This document shows, one piece after another, positions 49,412 through 62,474 of a stretch of 64,000 nucleotides of DNA. The notes below the pieces were generated by a model. The model was not told the origin of the DNA. It did not search any database and worked only from the letters and a program-made list of their open reading frames with translations. Location of the stretch: assembly GCA_012295275.1 (NCBI GenBank), contig CM022678.1:3720001-3784000 (forward strand), in the 5' to 3' direction. The DNA comes from Chrysomallon squamiferum (lineage: Eukaryota > Animalia > Mollusca). Each line of letters opens with the position of its first letter. Within the stretch, counting starts at the first letter, position 1. The translations under genes were made by a program, and so were the position numbers.

Positions 49412-50830
49412 CTCCTCTGTGGAATTGCTGTCATCAACCAATGACTGACAACTGAAGGCTAGATGGAGGAATGACATCATGTTGGGTGTACAGGAACTGT
49501 GTTAATCCTTTGGATGTGACAGAAAGATTCATCATCGAACAGAAAACTGGGAGAAATTTTACTGATGCCCAGAGTCGAAGTTTGCTGCAATACTGGACAC
49601 TGGAAGACTCAGGTAAGTGTTAAATTGTTTATTTATTGTATTAAAATATTGTGAACTTTTCTTAACATTGTCTTGGTGGCTGAGTGGTATCGTTGTCCTT
49701 CTTCAGAACTGTTTTACTGCTGGAGCTGATGATTTATCTGGCAGTCTTCTTCTGTTTTTCTTGCAGGAACCCCAACTCTTTGAAAGTCACCAGTTGCAAT
49801 CCAATTCTCTTCAAAAATATCATTAAGAATAACAAGTATAGATCTCAGGAATGTGGCCAATAAAAGTTATAAATCCTGAATCAGTGTTTTTGCTCTGTGA
49901 AATCTGCCCCTACAATCTCTGACTGGATCAGGCACTGTCTCTCGTCTGTATTGATGTCTTCAAAATGAACATTTGAACACTCGCAATGCCTGATATACTC
50001 TAATTGTGTGCCTCGGTTTTCTGTGAGATGTGTCTGTTGTTTTACAAGCCACATCTGTTCTTTATTTGTGAACTATTTCTGTCCTCTTTTTATTTTTTAT
50101 TCTTTCAGCTCTTTTATTCTTAGTTCTTTTAATTTGTTTTGTCCATCTTTTTTTTTTTCTCACATACTGATGATTTGACTACAGTTCTGTAGTGTGGCAC
50201 TCTAAATGGACTGCAGGGATCACCAGCAGCTTGTGTCCTTTCAAGACATGAGACTTGGCACTCTTCCGTCCTGGGAGCTCTCAGCAGTTGAGCAGCACCT
50301 GTCAAACTTTTTTTTAACGAATTTGCACTGACTGTTGGTTAAGCCCAACTCGATTGTCTTCTGCGATGGTCCATATTGATCTGGAATTCTATCCTTTGAT
50401 CACCTCTACATACATACTGAACCTGACCGTGGCGTAGGGGTGAAAACAGTTCCAAAAGGAGTGGCTAATCATACGATTCTCATTTCAACTTAACACCTTG
50501 TTGTGCAATCCATAATGCTGACTACATGATCGTTGCTTTGATTCCAGGATTCCATTTTGTGTGCTAAATTGACAGTGCGGTGTTGTGCAGTTATGGGGTC
50601 ACGTTTCTGGTTAGCTGTCAGATATGTTTCTGATCTGCTTGTTATTGATGTTTGTATATAACAGTCTGTAAGATCTGTGCTGCGTCATTAGCATCAGTCA
50701 GTCTTCATAACAACGATCTATAAAAATGTCTTTGCTCATTGTTCATGTGTATCATTTCTTTCTCAGTTTTGGATATTAAGGCCAAAGAAAACATTAATTA
50801 TAGAACCCAATGATTTCTTTTCTCCTTCAG

Positions 50831-51085
50831 TAAACAGCATCACAGAAGCAGACGAGTCTCTAGATGAGCTTGGCAATTACAGAGGCGGTGCAGTTGGGGG
50901 CATAGGTAATGATGATGATGATGTCATGTCAGGTGTTCACAGTCCAATGGTACAAGATGTGTTAGAGTTTGGACGCAGTATAGAAAATGTAAGGAAGGCA
51001 ATTCAGCTACAGAAACAGAAAACTGGGAGAAATTTTACTGATGCAGAATCGCTGTTTGCAGCAATACTGGACACTGAAGACTCAG
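50831..51085 (+). CDS. IAP UBA-domain cassette exon, copy 1 (255 nt, phase 1-1)
   Basis: ttcttttctccttcag|...|gtaagt with open frame VNSITEADESLDELG...SPMVQDVLEFGRSIENVRKAIQLQKQKTGRNFTDAESLFAAILDTEDS, resembling IAP UBA domains. Confidence 0.65.
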
Positions 51086-52278
51086 GTAAGTGTTAAATTG
51101 TTTATTTATTGTATTAAAATATTGTGAACTTTTCTTAACGTTGTCTTGGTGGTGAGTGGTATCGTCATCCTTCTTCAGAACTGTTTTACTGTTGGAGCTG
51201 ATGATTTGTCTGGCAGTCTTCTTCTGTTTTTCTTGCAGGAACCCCAACTCTCTGAAAATGACCAGTTGCAATCCAATTCTCTTCAAAAATTTCATTAAGA
51301 ATAACAAGTACAGATCTCAGGAATGTGGCCAATAAAAGTTATAAATCCTGAATCAGTGTTTTTGCTCTGTGATATCTGCCCCTACAATCTCTGACTGGAT
51401 CAGGCACTGTCTCTCGTCTGTATTGATGTGTACAAAATGAACATTTGAACACTCGCAATGTCTGGTATACTCTAATTGTGTGCCTCGGTTTTCTGTGAGA
51501 TGTGTCTGTTGTTTTACAAGCCACATCTGTTCTTTATTTGTGAACTATTTCTGTCCTCTTTATTCTTAGTTCTTTACTTTTAATTTGTTTTGTCCATCTT
51601 TTTTTTTCTCTCACATACTGATGATTTGACTACAGTTCTGTAGTGTGGCACTCTAAATGGACTGCAGGGATCACCAGCAGCTTGTGTCCTTTCAAGACAT
51701 GAGACTTGGCACTCTTCCATCCTGGGAGCTCTATGCAGTTGAGCAGCACCTGTCAAACTTTTTTTTAACAAATTTGCACTGACTGTGGTTAAGCCCAACT
51801 CGATTGTCTTCTGCGATGGTCCATAGTGGTCTGGAATTCTATCCTTTGATCACCTCTACATACATACTGAACCTGACCTTGGTGTAGGGTTGAAAACAGT
51901 TCTTAAAGGAATAGCTAATCATACGATTCTGATTTCAACTTAACACCTTGTTGTGCAATCCATAATGCTGACTACATGATCGTTGCTTTGATTCCAGGAT
52001 TCCATTTTGTGTGCTAAATTTACAGTGCGGTGCCATGCAGTTATATGGTCACGTTTCTTGTTAGCTGTCAGATATGTTTCTGATCTGCTTGTTATTGATG
52101 TTTGTATCAGAACAGTCTGTAAGATCTGTGTTGTGTCATTAGCATCAGTCAGTCTTCATAACGATCTAGAAAAAAGTCTTTGCTCATTGTTCATGTGTAT
52201 CATTTCTTTCTCAGTTTTGGATATTAAGGCCAAAGAAAATACTAATTATAGAACCCAATGATTTCTTTTCTCCTTCAG

Positions 52279-52533
52279 TAAACAGCATCACAGAAGCAGA
52301 CGAGTCTCGAGATGAGCTTGGCAATTACAGAGGCGGTGCAGTTGGGGGCATAGGTAATGATGATGATGATGTCATGTCAGGTGTACACAGTCCAATGATA
52401 CAAGCTGTATTAGAGTCTGGATGCAGTATGGAAAGTGTAAGGAAGGCAATTCAGCTGGAGAGACAGAGAAACGGGAGAAATTTTACTGATGCAGAGTCGC
52501 TGTTTGCAGCAATACTGGACATGGAAGACTCAG
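52279..52533 (+). CDS. IAP UBA-domain cassette exon, copy 2
   Basis: Open 255-nt frame ...SPMIQAVLESGCSMESVRKAIQLERQRNGRNFTDAESLFAAILDMEDS with intact AG/GT. Confidence 0.65.
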
Positions 52534-53719
52534 GTAAGTGTTAAATTGTTTATTTATTGTATTAAAATATTGTGAACTTTTCTTCACGTTGTCTCGGTGG
52601 CTGAATGGTATCGTCGTCCTTCTTCAGAACTGTTTCACTGCTGGAGCTGATGATTTATCTGGCAGTCTTCGTCTGTTTTTCTTGCAGGAACCCCAACTCT
52701 CTGAAAGTCACCAGTTGCAATCCAATTCTCTTCAAAAATATCATTAAGAATAACAAGTATAGATCTGAGGAATGTGGCCAATAAAAGTTATAAATCCTGA
52801 ATCAGTGTTTTTGCTCTGTGAAATCTGCCCCTACAATCTCTGACTGGATCAGGCACTGTCTCTCTTGTCTGTATTGATGTGTACAAAATGAACATTTGAA
52901 CACTCGCAATGCCCGATATACTCTAATTGTGTGCCTCGGTTTTCTGTGAGATGTGTCTGTTGTTTTACAAGCCACATCTGTTCTTTATTTGTGAACTATT
53001 TCTGTCCTCTTTATTCTTAGCTCTTTACTTTTAATTTGTTTGTCCATCTTTTTTTTTTTTCTCACATCCCGACGATTTGACTACAGTTCTGTAGTGTGGC
53101 ACTCTAAATGGACTGCAGGGATCACCAGTAGCTTGTGTCCTTTCAAGACATGAGACTTGGCACTCTTCCATCCTGGGAGCTCTCTGCAGTTGAGCAGCAC
53201 CTGTCAAACTTTTTTTTAACGAATTTTCACTGACTGTTGGTTAAGCCCAACTGGATTGTCTTCTGCGATGGTCTGGAATTCTATCCTTTGATCACCTCTA
53301 CATACATACTGAACCTGACCTTGGTGTAGGGTTGAAAACAGTTCTTAAAGGAATAGCTAATCATACGATTCTGATTTCAACTTAACACCTTGTTGTGCAA
53401 TCCATAATGCTGACTACATGATCGTTGCTTTGATTCCAGGATTCCATTTTGTGTGCTAAATTTACAGTGCGGTGCCATGCAGTTATATGGTCACGTTTCT
53501 TGTTAGCTGTCAGATATGTTTCTGATCTGCTTGTTATTGATGTTTGTATATAACAGTCTGTAAGATCTGTGCTGTGTCATTAGCATCAGTCAGTCTTCAT
53601 AACGATCTAGAAAAAAGTCTTTGCTCATTGTTCATGTGTATCATTTCTTTCTCAGTTTTGGATATTAAGGCCAAAGAAAATACTAATTATAGAACCCAAT
53701 GATTTCTTTTCTCCTTCAG

Positions 53720-53974
53720 TAAACAGCATCACAGAAGCAGACGAGTCTCGAGATGAGCTTGGCAATTACAGAGGCGGTGCAGTTGGGGGCATAGGTAATG
53801 ATGATGATGATGTCATGTCAGGTGTACACAGTCCAATGATACAAGCTGTATTAGAGTCTGGATGCAGTATGGAAAGTGTAAGGAAGGCAATTCAGCTGGA
53901 GAGACAGAGAAACGGGAGAAATTTTACTGATGCAGAGTCGCTGTTTGCAGCAATACTGGACATGGAAGACTCAG
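53720..53974 (+). CDS. IAP UBA-domain cassette exon, copy 3
   Basis: Appears identical to copy 2; intact AG/GT. Confidence 0.65.
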
Positions 53975-55125
53975 GTAAGTGTTAAATTGTTTATTTATTG
54001 TATTAAAATATTGTGAACTTTTCTTCACGTTGTCTCGGTGGCTGAATGGTATCGTCGTCCTTCTTCAGAACTGTTTCACTGCTGGAGCTGATGATTTATC
54101 TGGCAGTCTTCGTCTGTTTTTCTTGCAGGAACCCCAACTCTCTGAAAGTCACCAGTTGCAATCCAATTCTCTTCAAAAATATCATTAAGAATAACAAGTA
54201 TAGATCTGAGGAATGTGGCCAATAAAAGTTATAAATCCTGAATCAGTGTTTTTGCTCTGTGAAATCTGCCCCTACAATCTCTGACTGGATCAGGCACTGT
54301 CTCTCTTGTCTGTATTGATGTGTACAAAATGAACATTTGAACACTCGCAATGCCCGATATACTCTAATTGTGTGCCTCGGTTTTCTGTGAGATGTGTCTG
54401 TTGTTTTACAAGCCACATCTGTTCTTTATTTGTGAACTATTTCTGTCCTCTTTATTCTTAGCTCTTTACTTTTAATTTGTTTGTCCATCTTTTTTTTTTT
54501 TCTCACATCCCGACGATTTGACTACAGTTCTGTAGTGTGGCACTCTAAATGGACTGCAGGGATCACCAGTAGCTTGTGTCCTTTCAAGACATGAGACTTG
54601 GCACTCTTCCATCCTGGGAGCTCTCTGCAGTTGAGCAGCACCTGTCAAACTTTTTTTTAACGAATTTTCACTGACTGTTGGTTAAGCCCAACTGGATTGT
54701 CTTCTGCGATGGTCTGGAATTCTATCCTTTGATCACCTCTACATACATACTGAACCTGACCTTGGTGTAGGGTTGAAAACAGTTCCAAAAGGAATGGCTA
54801 ATCATAGGATTCTCATTTCAACTTAACACCTTGTTGTGCAATCCATAATGCTGACTACATGATCGTTGCTTTGATTCCAGGATTCGATTCTGTGTGATAA
54901 AAATACAGTGCGGTGCCATGCAGTTATAGTGTGACGTTTCTGGTTAGCTGTCAGATATGTTTCTGATCTGCTTGTTATGTCATTAGCATCAGTCAGTGTT
55001 CATAACAACGATCTAGAAAAATGTCTTTGCTCATTGTTCATGTGTATCATTTCGTTTTCAGTTTTGGATATTAAGGCCAAAGAAAATACTAATTATAGAA
55101 CCGAATGATTTCTTTTCTCCTTCAG

Positions 55126-55380
55126 TAAACAGCATCACAGAAGCAGACGAGTCTCGAGATGAGCGTGGCAATTACAGAGGCGGTGCAGTTGGGGGCATAG
55201 GTAATGATGATGATGATGTCATGTCAGGTGTACACAGTCCAATGATACAAGCTGTATTAGAGTCTGGATGCAGTATGGAAAGTGTAAGGAAGGCAATTCA
55301 GCTGGAGAGACAGAGAAACGGGAGAAATTTTACTGATGCAGAGTCGCTGTTTGCAGCAATACTGGACATGGAAGACTCAG
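55126..55380 (+). CDS. IAP UBA-domain cassette exon, copy 4
   Basis: As copy 2 with one L>R change; intact AG/GT. Confidence 0.65.
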
Positions 55381-56558
55381 GTAAGTGTTAAATTGTTTAT
55401 TTATTGTATTAAAATATTGTGAACTTTTCTTAACATTGTCTTGGTGGCTGAGTGGTATCGTCGTCCTTCTTCAGAACTGTTTTACTGCTGGAGCTGATGA
55501 TTTATCTGGCAGTCTTCTTCTGTTTTTCTTGCAGGAACCCCAACTCTCTGAAAGTCACCAGTTGCAATCCAATTCTCTTCAAAAATATCATTAAGAATAA
55601 CAAGTATAGATCTCAGGAATGTGGCCAATAAAAGTTATAAATTCTGAATCAGTGTTTTTGCTCTGTGATATCTGCCCCTACAATATCTGACTGGATCAGG
55701 AACGGTCTCTCTTGTCTGTATTGTTGCGTACAAAATGAACATTTGTGTCACTCCTTTCTGTCCACTCGCAATGACTGGTATACTCTAATTGTGTGCCTCG
55801 GTTTTCTGTGAGATGTGTCTGTTGTTTTAGAAGCCACGTCTGTTCTTTATTTGTGAACTATTTGTGTCAAAAGTATCTTTTATTTTTTAAATTCTTTCAG
55901 AATTCCTCTTTATTCTTAGTTCTTTACTTTTAATTTGTTTTGTCCGTCTTTTTTTTTCCTCAGATCCCGATGATTTGACTACAGTTCTGTAGTGTGGCAC
56001 TCTAAATGGACTGCAGGGATCACCAGCAGCTTGTGTCCTTTCAAGACATGAGACTTGGCACTCTTCCATCCTGGGAGCTCTCAGCGGTACAGCAGCACCT
56101 GTCAAATTGTTCTGAACGAATTTGCACTGACTGTGGTTAAGCCCAACTCGATTGTCTTCTGCGATGGTCCATAGTGGTCTGGAATTCTATCCTTTGATCA
56201 CCTCTACATATATACTGAACCTGAGTGTGGCATAGGGGTGAAAACAGTTCCAAAAGGAGTGGCTAATCATACGATTCTCATTTCAACTTAACACCTTGTT
56301 GTGCAATCCATAATGCTGACTACATGATGGTTGCTTTGATTCCAGGATTCCATTCTGTGTGCTAAAAACACAGTGCAGTGCCATGCAGTTATAGGGTCAT
56401 GTTTCTGGTTAGCTGTCAGATATGCTTCTGATCTGCTTGTTATTGATGTTTGTATCAGAACAGTCTGTAAGATCTGTGCTGTGTCATTAGCATCAGTCAG
56501 TCTTCTAGAAAATCGTCTTTGCTCATTGTTCATGTGCATCATTTCTTTTCTCCTTCAG

Positions 56559-56765
56559 TAAACAGCATCACAGAAGCAGACGAATCTCTAGATGAGCTTG
56601 ACAATGACAGAGGCGGTACAGTTGGGGGCATAGGTAATGATGATGATGATGTCATGTAGTGTTTGGATGCAGCATAGAAAGTGTAAGGAAGGCTATTCAA
56701 CTAGAAAGACAAAGAAATGACAAGGATTTTTCTGTTTGCAGCTGTACTTGACATTGAAGAATCAG
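56559..56765 (+). pseudogene. Degenerate or terminal UBA exon, copy 5
   Basis: Acceptor retained, but a deletion creates an in-frame TAG after DDDDVM (~56657); further deletions follow and the donor GT is lost. Confidence 0.7.
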
Positions 56766-57736
56766 ATTTCTGTTAAATTGTTTATTTATTGTGCTGTTAT
56801 TCAAGCACAACATACAGGAAAATATGAGAAAGTACTTAGTTGTAACATGGATACATTTAGTGCCCTTTATTCTGTAATAATGTTCAAAGCATTACAAGTA
56901 CTTTGAACAATGTTCAATTTAGTTTTTTGTGAAAAATCCTCATAAATAATTGCATCAAATGAATTAACTAAAGTAAAGTGTCTGTTGCTGGCGAGTTTTG
57001 TCTGGTTGTTCTGTGAATTATATTCTTTTTTAGATTTATACAAAATAATTTACATATACAGATATTATGCAGACTGAACATATAGCTTTTTTCGATGGGG
57101 AACTTTAAGTAAAGATAAACAGTGAGCAGTGGGTGTCATCATTTGGAAGCCATACCAAGGGAAGCAATCTAGAGGAAGTTAAGTGAGATGATGGGGAAAT
57201 GAACTAGGTGAGTATTGGAAGATAATTACTCAACATGCAGCTGTATAATGACCTGTCAGAAGAAGAATAACTAAACACATTTTCAGAGTCCTATACAATT
57301 TAGATGAAGGCCACACAAGATGTACAAGCACAATGAACTTTACAATTTACTTCACTGAAGTTGCAGGTGGAAATCCAAATAAAAGACTTGTTTATAATAC
57401 TTACACCTATCACTTTAATATAGTTGTTTTACTAATACTTACATATTGATAATTTTCTCTTTAGTATAGTTTTTTTATATGTATAATAGTATTAATACTC
57501 ACATATATATAACTTTATGAGTTTTTTGAGTATGATACTTATATATGTGACTTTAATATAGTTTTGCTGAGTATGATACTTATAAATATGACTTTAGTAT
57601 GGTTTATTTGTATATACTTACATATTTAATTTTAGAGTAGTTTTGATGTGTATAATACTTACAGTAATTACCAACATAACTTTAGCCTACTTACAGTAGT
57701 TACCTTTAGAATGATTTATTTATGTATAATACTTAC

Positions 57737-58832
57737 ACTGCAGATATAACTTTGGTCTGGTTTTGTTCGATGTAGGCTGATCCATGAGCCTGACTTATTA
57801 CACCAGCTCGTAAAACTAAAAGAGAAATATTTAATATGTATTAAAATTTTAACCACATTTTTTCTTTTTTTTAAAATAAATTTATTATACAGTATTGTCA
57901 GAAACTTAAGTAATGGAAGAGAAAACTCACATCGTATTGCCATAGCTCATCTTTTATTTTTTTAAATTAATAATAAGAAATATTTTATGTGCATTATCTG
58001 ACACAGGAAAATAGTAGTTCATCACTTCTGATAAACCTGTCACATGACAAGGACAGGGATATTAACAAAACTATTAGTGATATATAAATAAATAAAAACA
58101 ATACACCATTAATTAATGACATAAATAAGTAAAGATACCAGAGAAGTTACAAATATTTTTCAATTTCAAACAGTTTTTGACTAAACTAAACGAAACTAAA
58201 ATAAATAAAAGAATTAATAAATCTAGTTCAGGAAATTACTAAGAAATTTTATGGCTTTATAGTTTATTACCAAGCAGATACAAAATAATTTAACTTACAC
58301 AAACGTCGAACCTCTTCAGGTTTTCGTCCATCTTGTCGCACACTGGTATTTAACTTTTGAAAAGTGGAAGAAATGTAAAATAATTTTTAATAATTAATCA
58401 AATAAATGATTCAAAGATTTTAACTGTTTCAAAGAACTGAGGTTTAAGTATCAGACATTATAGCAGGTCTGTGGAATTCAGTCACTTTAATAATCTTAAT
58501 ATATATAAATATATTCGCTAAACAGTTAACACATTTTAATTATGAATTATCATTTACGTTATTATAATGATTATTAGAAATATTACTTATATTACGTTAT
58601 TAATATTAGTCAAAAATTAATACTCAGACTGTCAATAATTAAGTTAAAATCTCTGATAATGACCATAATGATAAATTGATATTCATATTCAATATTAATA
58701 ATCTATGCGACGAACGATCATAAATGGTTGTAAAAAATATCTTACATTTTCATGAATGACATCTGATTTTGCAAATCTATACGGGTTTAATGTAATTTCA
58801 GGACCAGTTATTCGTCTCGTATCACTTGGCAT
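57737..58832 (-). pseudogene. EXOSC6: MTR3/EXOSC6 copy C (exons 1-3 only)
   Basis: Exons 58832-58746, 58353-58299 and 57815-57737 are intact. At ~57285 the sequence jumps from the homolog of ~42433 to that of ~40567, deleting exons 4-6; homology ends at ~57110. Confidence 0.85.
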
Positions 58833-59083
58833 GATTGTTCGATAACGATTGCTACTTCAGAAAATGTTTTATCACATGGAAGCAGCCATTACAATTTGTT
58901 CATTAACATTCCTCTCTCAAAAAGAGAGCTCCTGCTCTAAGAGAATACTGGTTTTCTTTAGTATATTTCCACTACTAAAATCAAAGCACCTTTAATAGAA
59001 GATTAAATGAAATTGAAATTTAATCGAAAACGATAAGAATAAATGAAATCTAGCTACATCATGAAAATTATAAAATGAGAAAA

Positions 59084-59128
<45 letters not shown>

Positions 59129-60798
59129 GAAAAAGAAATAAAAAGAAACGATAGATATTTATTTTTTTCTGCTTTTATTAAAAAAACAACCACTGATGCC
59201 ATTTTAAATAGTTGTAAACTGATGTAAATGATAAAGAAATGGATCATGTGATTTTAATAAATACTGGGGTTTTTTTTTTCAATGTGCTGTGAAAATAAAA
59301 TAATTAATTAATACAAAAGTATAGTTTGATGTGAATCTGTACATAGCTTTGATTGCACCAAATCAGTGAAATTCGTTGTTTGTAATAAAAATGAACTATT
59401 TTCATTAACCGAAATATTTGACTGTTTTCATTATTTCTTCATCTTTCCATCTTCTTCTGTCGTTGTAGTAGCAGTCGTGGCTGTTGCTTCTACTGCAGCT
59501 CAAATAGATATTTAAAAATATTTTTATTATTTAGTCTCTTTTGTTTTTTGCATGCACTGTTGTTGACTTGCGGCTCAGTAAAATATTACTGACCTAACTG
59601 GTCATATTTAGAGAAACGATTGAAGTGAACATGCTTCTAAAATATATTCAGTTGACTGAACAAAATCTTTATACACACTTTAGCAGATAATTGTGGTCAC
59701 GTGTCTTTCCACAGATCCCCACCCCCCGAAAAATACCCAACGTCTGAGTGTTTACAGAATCGATCTAGTTTTGTTGCTACAACGGAACGATTTATTGTTT
59801 CAGTCCTTGAAGCAGGACTGATTTATTGAAGTACGAAAATATAACATTTCATATATATATATGAATTTGTCTTAACTCTGGTTTTGATATCAAATTGGAA
59901 ATCTTCTTGTACCCAAAACTGAGTATGGACATCATTAACATGTTACCGTTGACATGCACTTACGATTTCTGAGCTCATAAATTTATCTTGGGGTGAAGAT
60001 TATTTTCCGCAGATTTATCAAAAAGCTCATAAAAAGAAATATTGTTTCGATTAAAAAAAAAAACAATAATAAAAAAAAAAAAATAATAATAATAATAATA
60101 AAAACAAAAAGCATCCAATTTAATAATAACTGTTAAAATATTTGAAAAGTTGAATTAAATTTGTTTTCAAACCCAATGATGCAGGGTTATTATTACGGCT
60201 TCTTGCAAAATTTGCAAATCTGACATCCATGATGGTTTGAGCTGCTGAAGAAGAGGGTCACCATCCAAGGGAGAGAACCTACATGTTTACAGGAGTGAAC
60301 TGGAGGATGCTGATGGTTCTGTTTTTACCAGCAGAAAAATGTGTCAACACTTGGTGGTGTGAAGGAATGAATGATACTATTTGGTGCTTGTACACACACA
60401 CAGACAGACAAATATGCAGACATACTTACAGAAAAAATACAGACACACACAATTATACAGATAACATACAGACACTAGTGATAACATAGATAAGAAAAAA
60501 CCCATACAGAAACAAAATATCTGAACAAATAATAAACATTATTATTATTATTACTTTGTTTTGCTCAAACATCTCTTAATCAACGGTAATTTAAAAAAAT
60601 ACACACACTTTAAGCTCAAAATAAATAGAGGGTATCAAATTACATTTTAGGATTAGAGCCTTTGAACACAACTCATATATGTCTTTCACTGCATTTAAAC
60701 ATGGAATCTAACTACTGTAATAAGGAATAAATTTTGACAATGACACTGGCAAAGGTAGAAGTTTTATTTTACAGTATTTTATACATTATTATTGTTAT

Positions 60799-62436
60799 TT
60801 ATGTTGTTGATTCTTTTACTTTGTAGTGGAGAGATTTGTCTAGTGCTGCTTGTAAAACTGGATACAATTTCTGACAGGTCTCAATACACAGTTTCACTGC
60901 CTGGAATAAAGAGAAAAAAAAGAAAGAAAATCAGAAATGAAGTTTAACGAAAGAAATAAAAAAGTTAAGATTTCTCCCATCTAAATTAAAAATGAAACCG
61001 AAAATATCTACAAGTTATGTTACTGAAGTTTATAGCAAATTATGTCACTGGAAAGTTAAACTGTTTTATTAACACTGAATGTAATGAAGTTAAAATCAAA
61101 CTGGTTTGGTTTTTAAATTACTTTTCTAAGGAGGTTAAAATCAACCTTGTTAAAAGTATCTTCCTGAGGAGGTTAAAATTAGCTTGTGCAGGATGTTGAA
61201 AATAAACAGTGTTAAAATTACCTTGCTGAAGGGCTTAAAATCTATTTCTCTTCTTGATATAGGTTCTGAAATCTGGGTTAGTGATGACATAAATCCTACA
61301 GTGACTGAGCCTCCACTATTTGGATTCAAATTGACATCAATAAATAAAAAATAAACAAAGAAAAACATCTAAGAAATAAATATATAAAATAAATAATAAT
61401 TTAAATATTAAATAGAAGCTTAAATATAGAGAACCGCAATAAAATAAAAAATAAGTTAAATATTAACAATGATAAAAAAATATAAAATAAAGAAATATTA
61501 GTTTACATTTTATAATAAACAGAATTAAAGGATTAGTAACTGAAATGTTATATCGTATAAATATTAATAATTACAACAAAATGTATAACGATGAAGACTG
61601 ATAAAAAAAAAAAAACTGGCAAAAAAGACAATAATTTAAGTTATGTTGTAGTAGTTGAAAATGAAAAAATCACAAAGATAGACAGGATTATGCTAATTGA
61701 CACATATAGAAAATGAAAGCAAAGGTTAGAGGAGAGAAGTAAAGCTGGACAGAACACTTTGGTAGAATTCAACATACCCAGTAAATCATCCTTCGGAAGC
61801 AATCTAGAGGAAGTTGAGTGAGATGATGAGAGATGAACTAGGTGAGTATTGGAAGATGATTGCTCAACATAGGATGAGATGCAAACATTCTGAGGCTTTT
61901 TCCCATCAACAAGACGTTACAGATGTATAATGAAGATGATGATCATCCTGTGACTCATCAATTTAAACCTTTCGCTGAGACTTGTTGGTTAGAAAGTCCT
62001 CATACACGAAAGTTTTCAGGTTCAAGAGCTGGGAAAAAAAAAAAAAATGGAGAAGAAATATTAAAAAGAAAATGTATGTATCAGTCAGTAGCTTTATGAT
62101 GTATGGCCTAATATGACGACAGAGTAATGTATGGTTAAATTATTAAACTAATGTTCAACACATTTAACATATTTAATACATTATGATTATAATACTATTA
62201 AAATAGATTTAACATTAAGTAAAGTTAATGATATTAATACAATAAAATCAGACTACAATAGAAAGTCAGAGTCAGAAAAAGAGAGAGAAAATAGCACAGT
62301 AAATTAAAAAATTAAACTCTTACCACTGCCATCACTTTGAAAAATTGTGATAAAGGTGTTCACCTGAGCTTTTGCAAATTTGTGACTGACAGGCTCATCA
62401 GAGGAAAAAAAACCAGATAGACAGACTCGTCATACA

Positions 62437-62474
<38 letters not shown>

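Larger units (their letters stand above)
49540..56790 (+). repeat. Tandem array of five ~1.4-kb units derived from the IAP gene
   Basis: Homologous donor sites at 49612, 51085, 52533, 53974, 55380 and a mutated site at ~56765 (periods 1473, 1448, 1441, 1406, ~1385). Units are highly similar, and the units after 52533 and 53974 are almost identical. Confidence 0.97.

Noticed and set aside
49540-56790. The 1.4-kb array as LTR retrotransposon or classical satellite DNA
   Set aside because: No gag/pol, LTR termini or target-site duplications are visible, and the unit is demonstrably derived from the adjacent IAP exon and intron.
59900-60400. Possible extra exons or an IAP RING exon
   Set aside because: There is no C3HC4 pattern; the short frames are interrupted by stops and have no recognisable homology.
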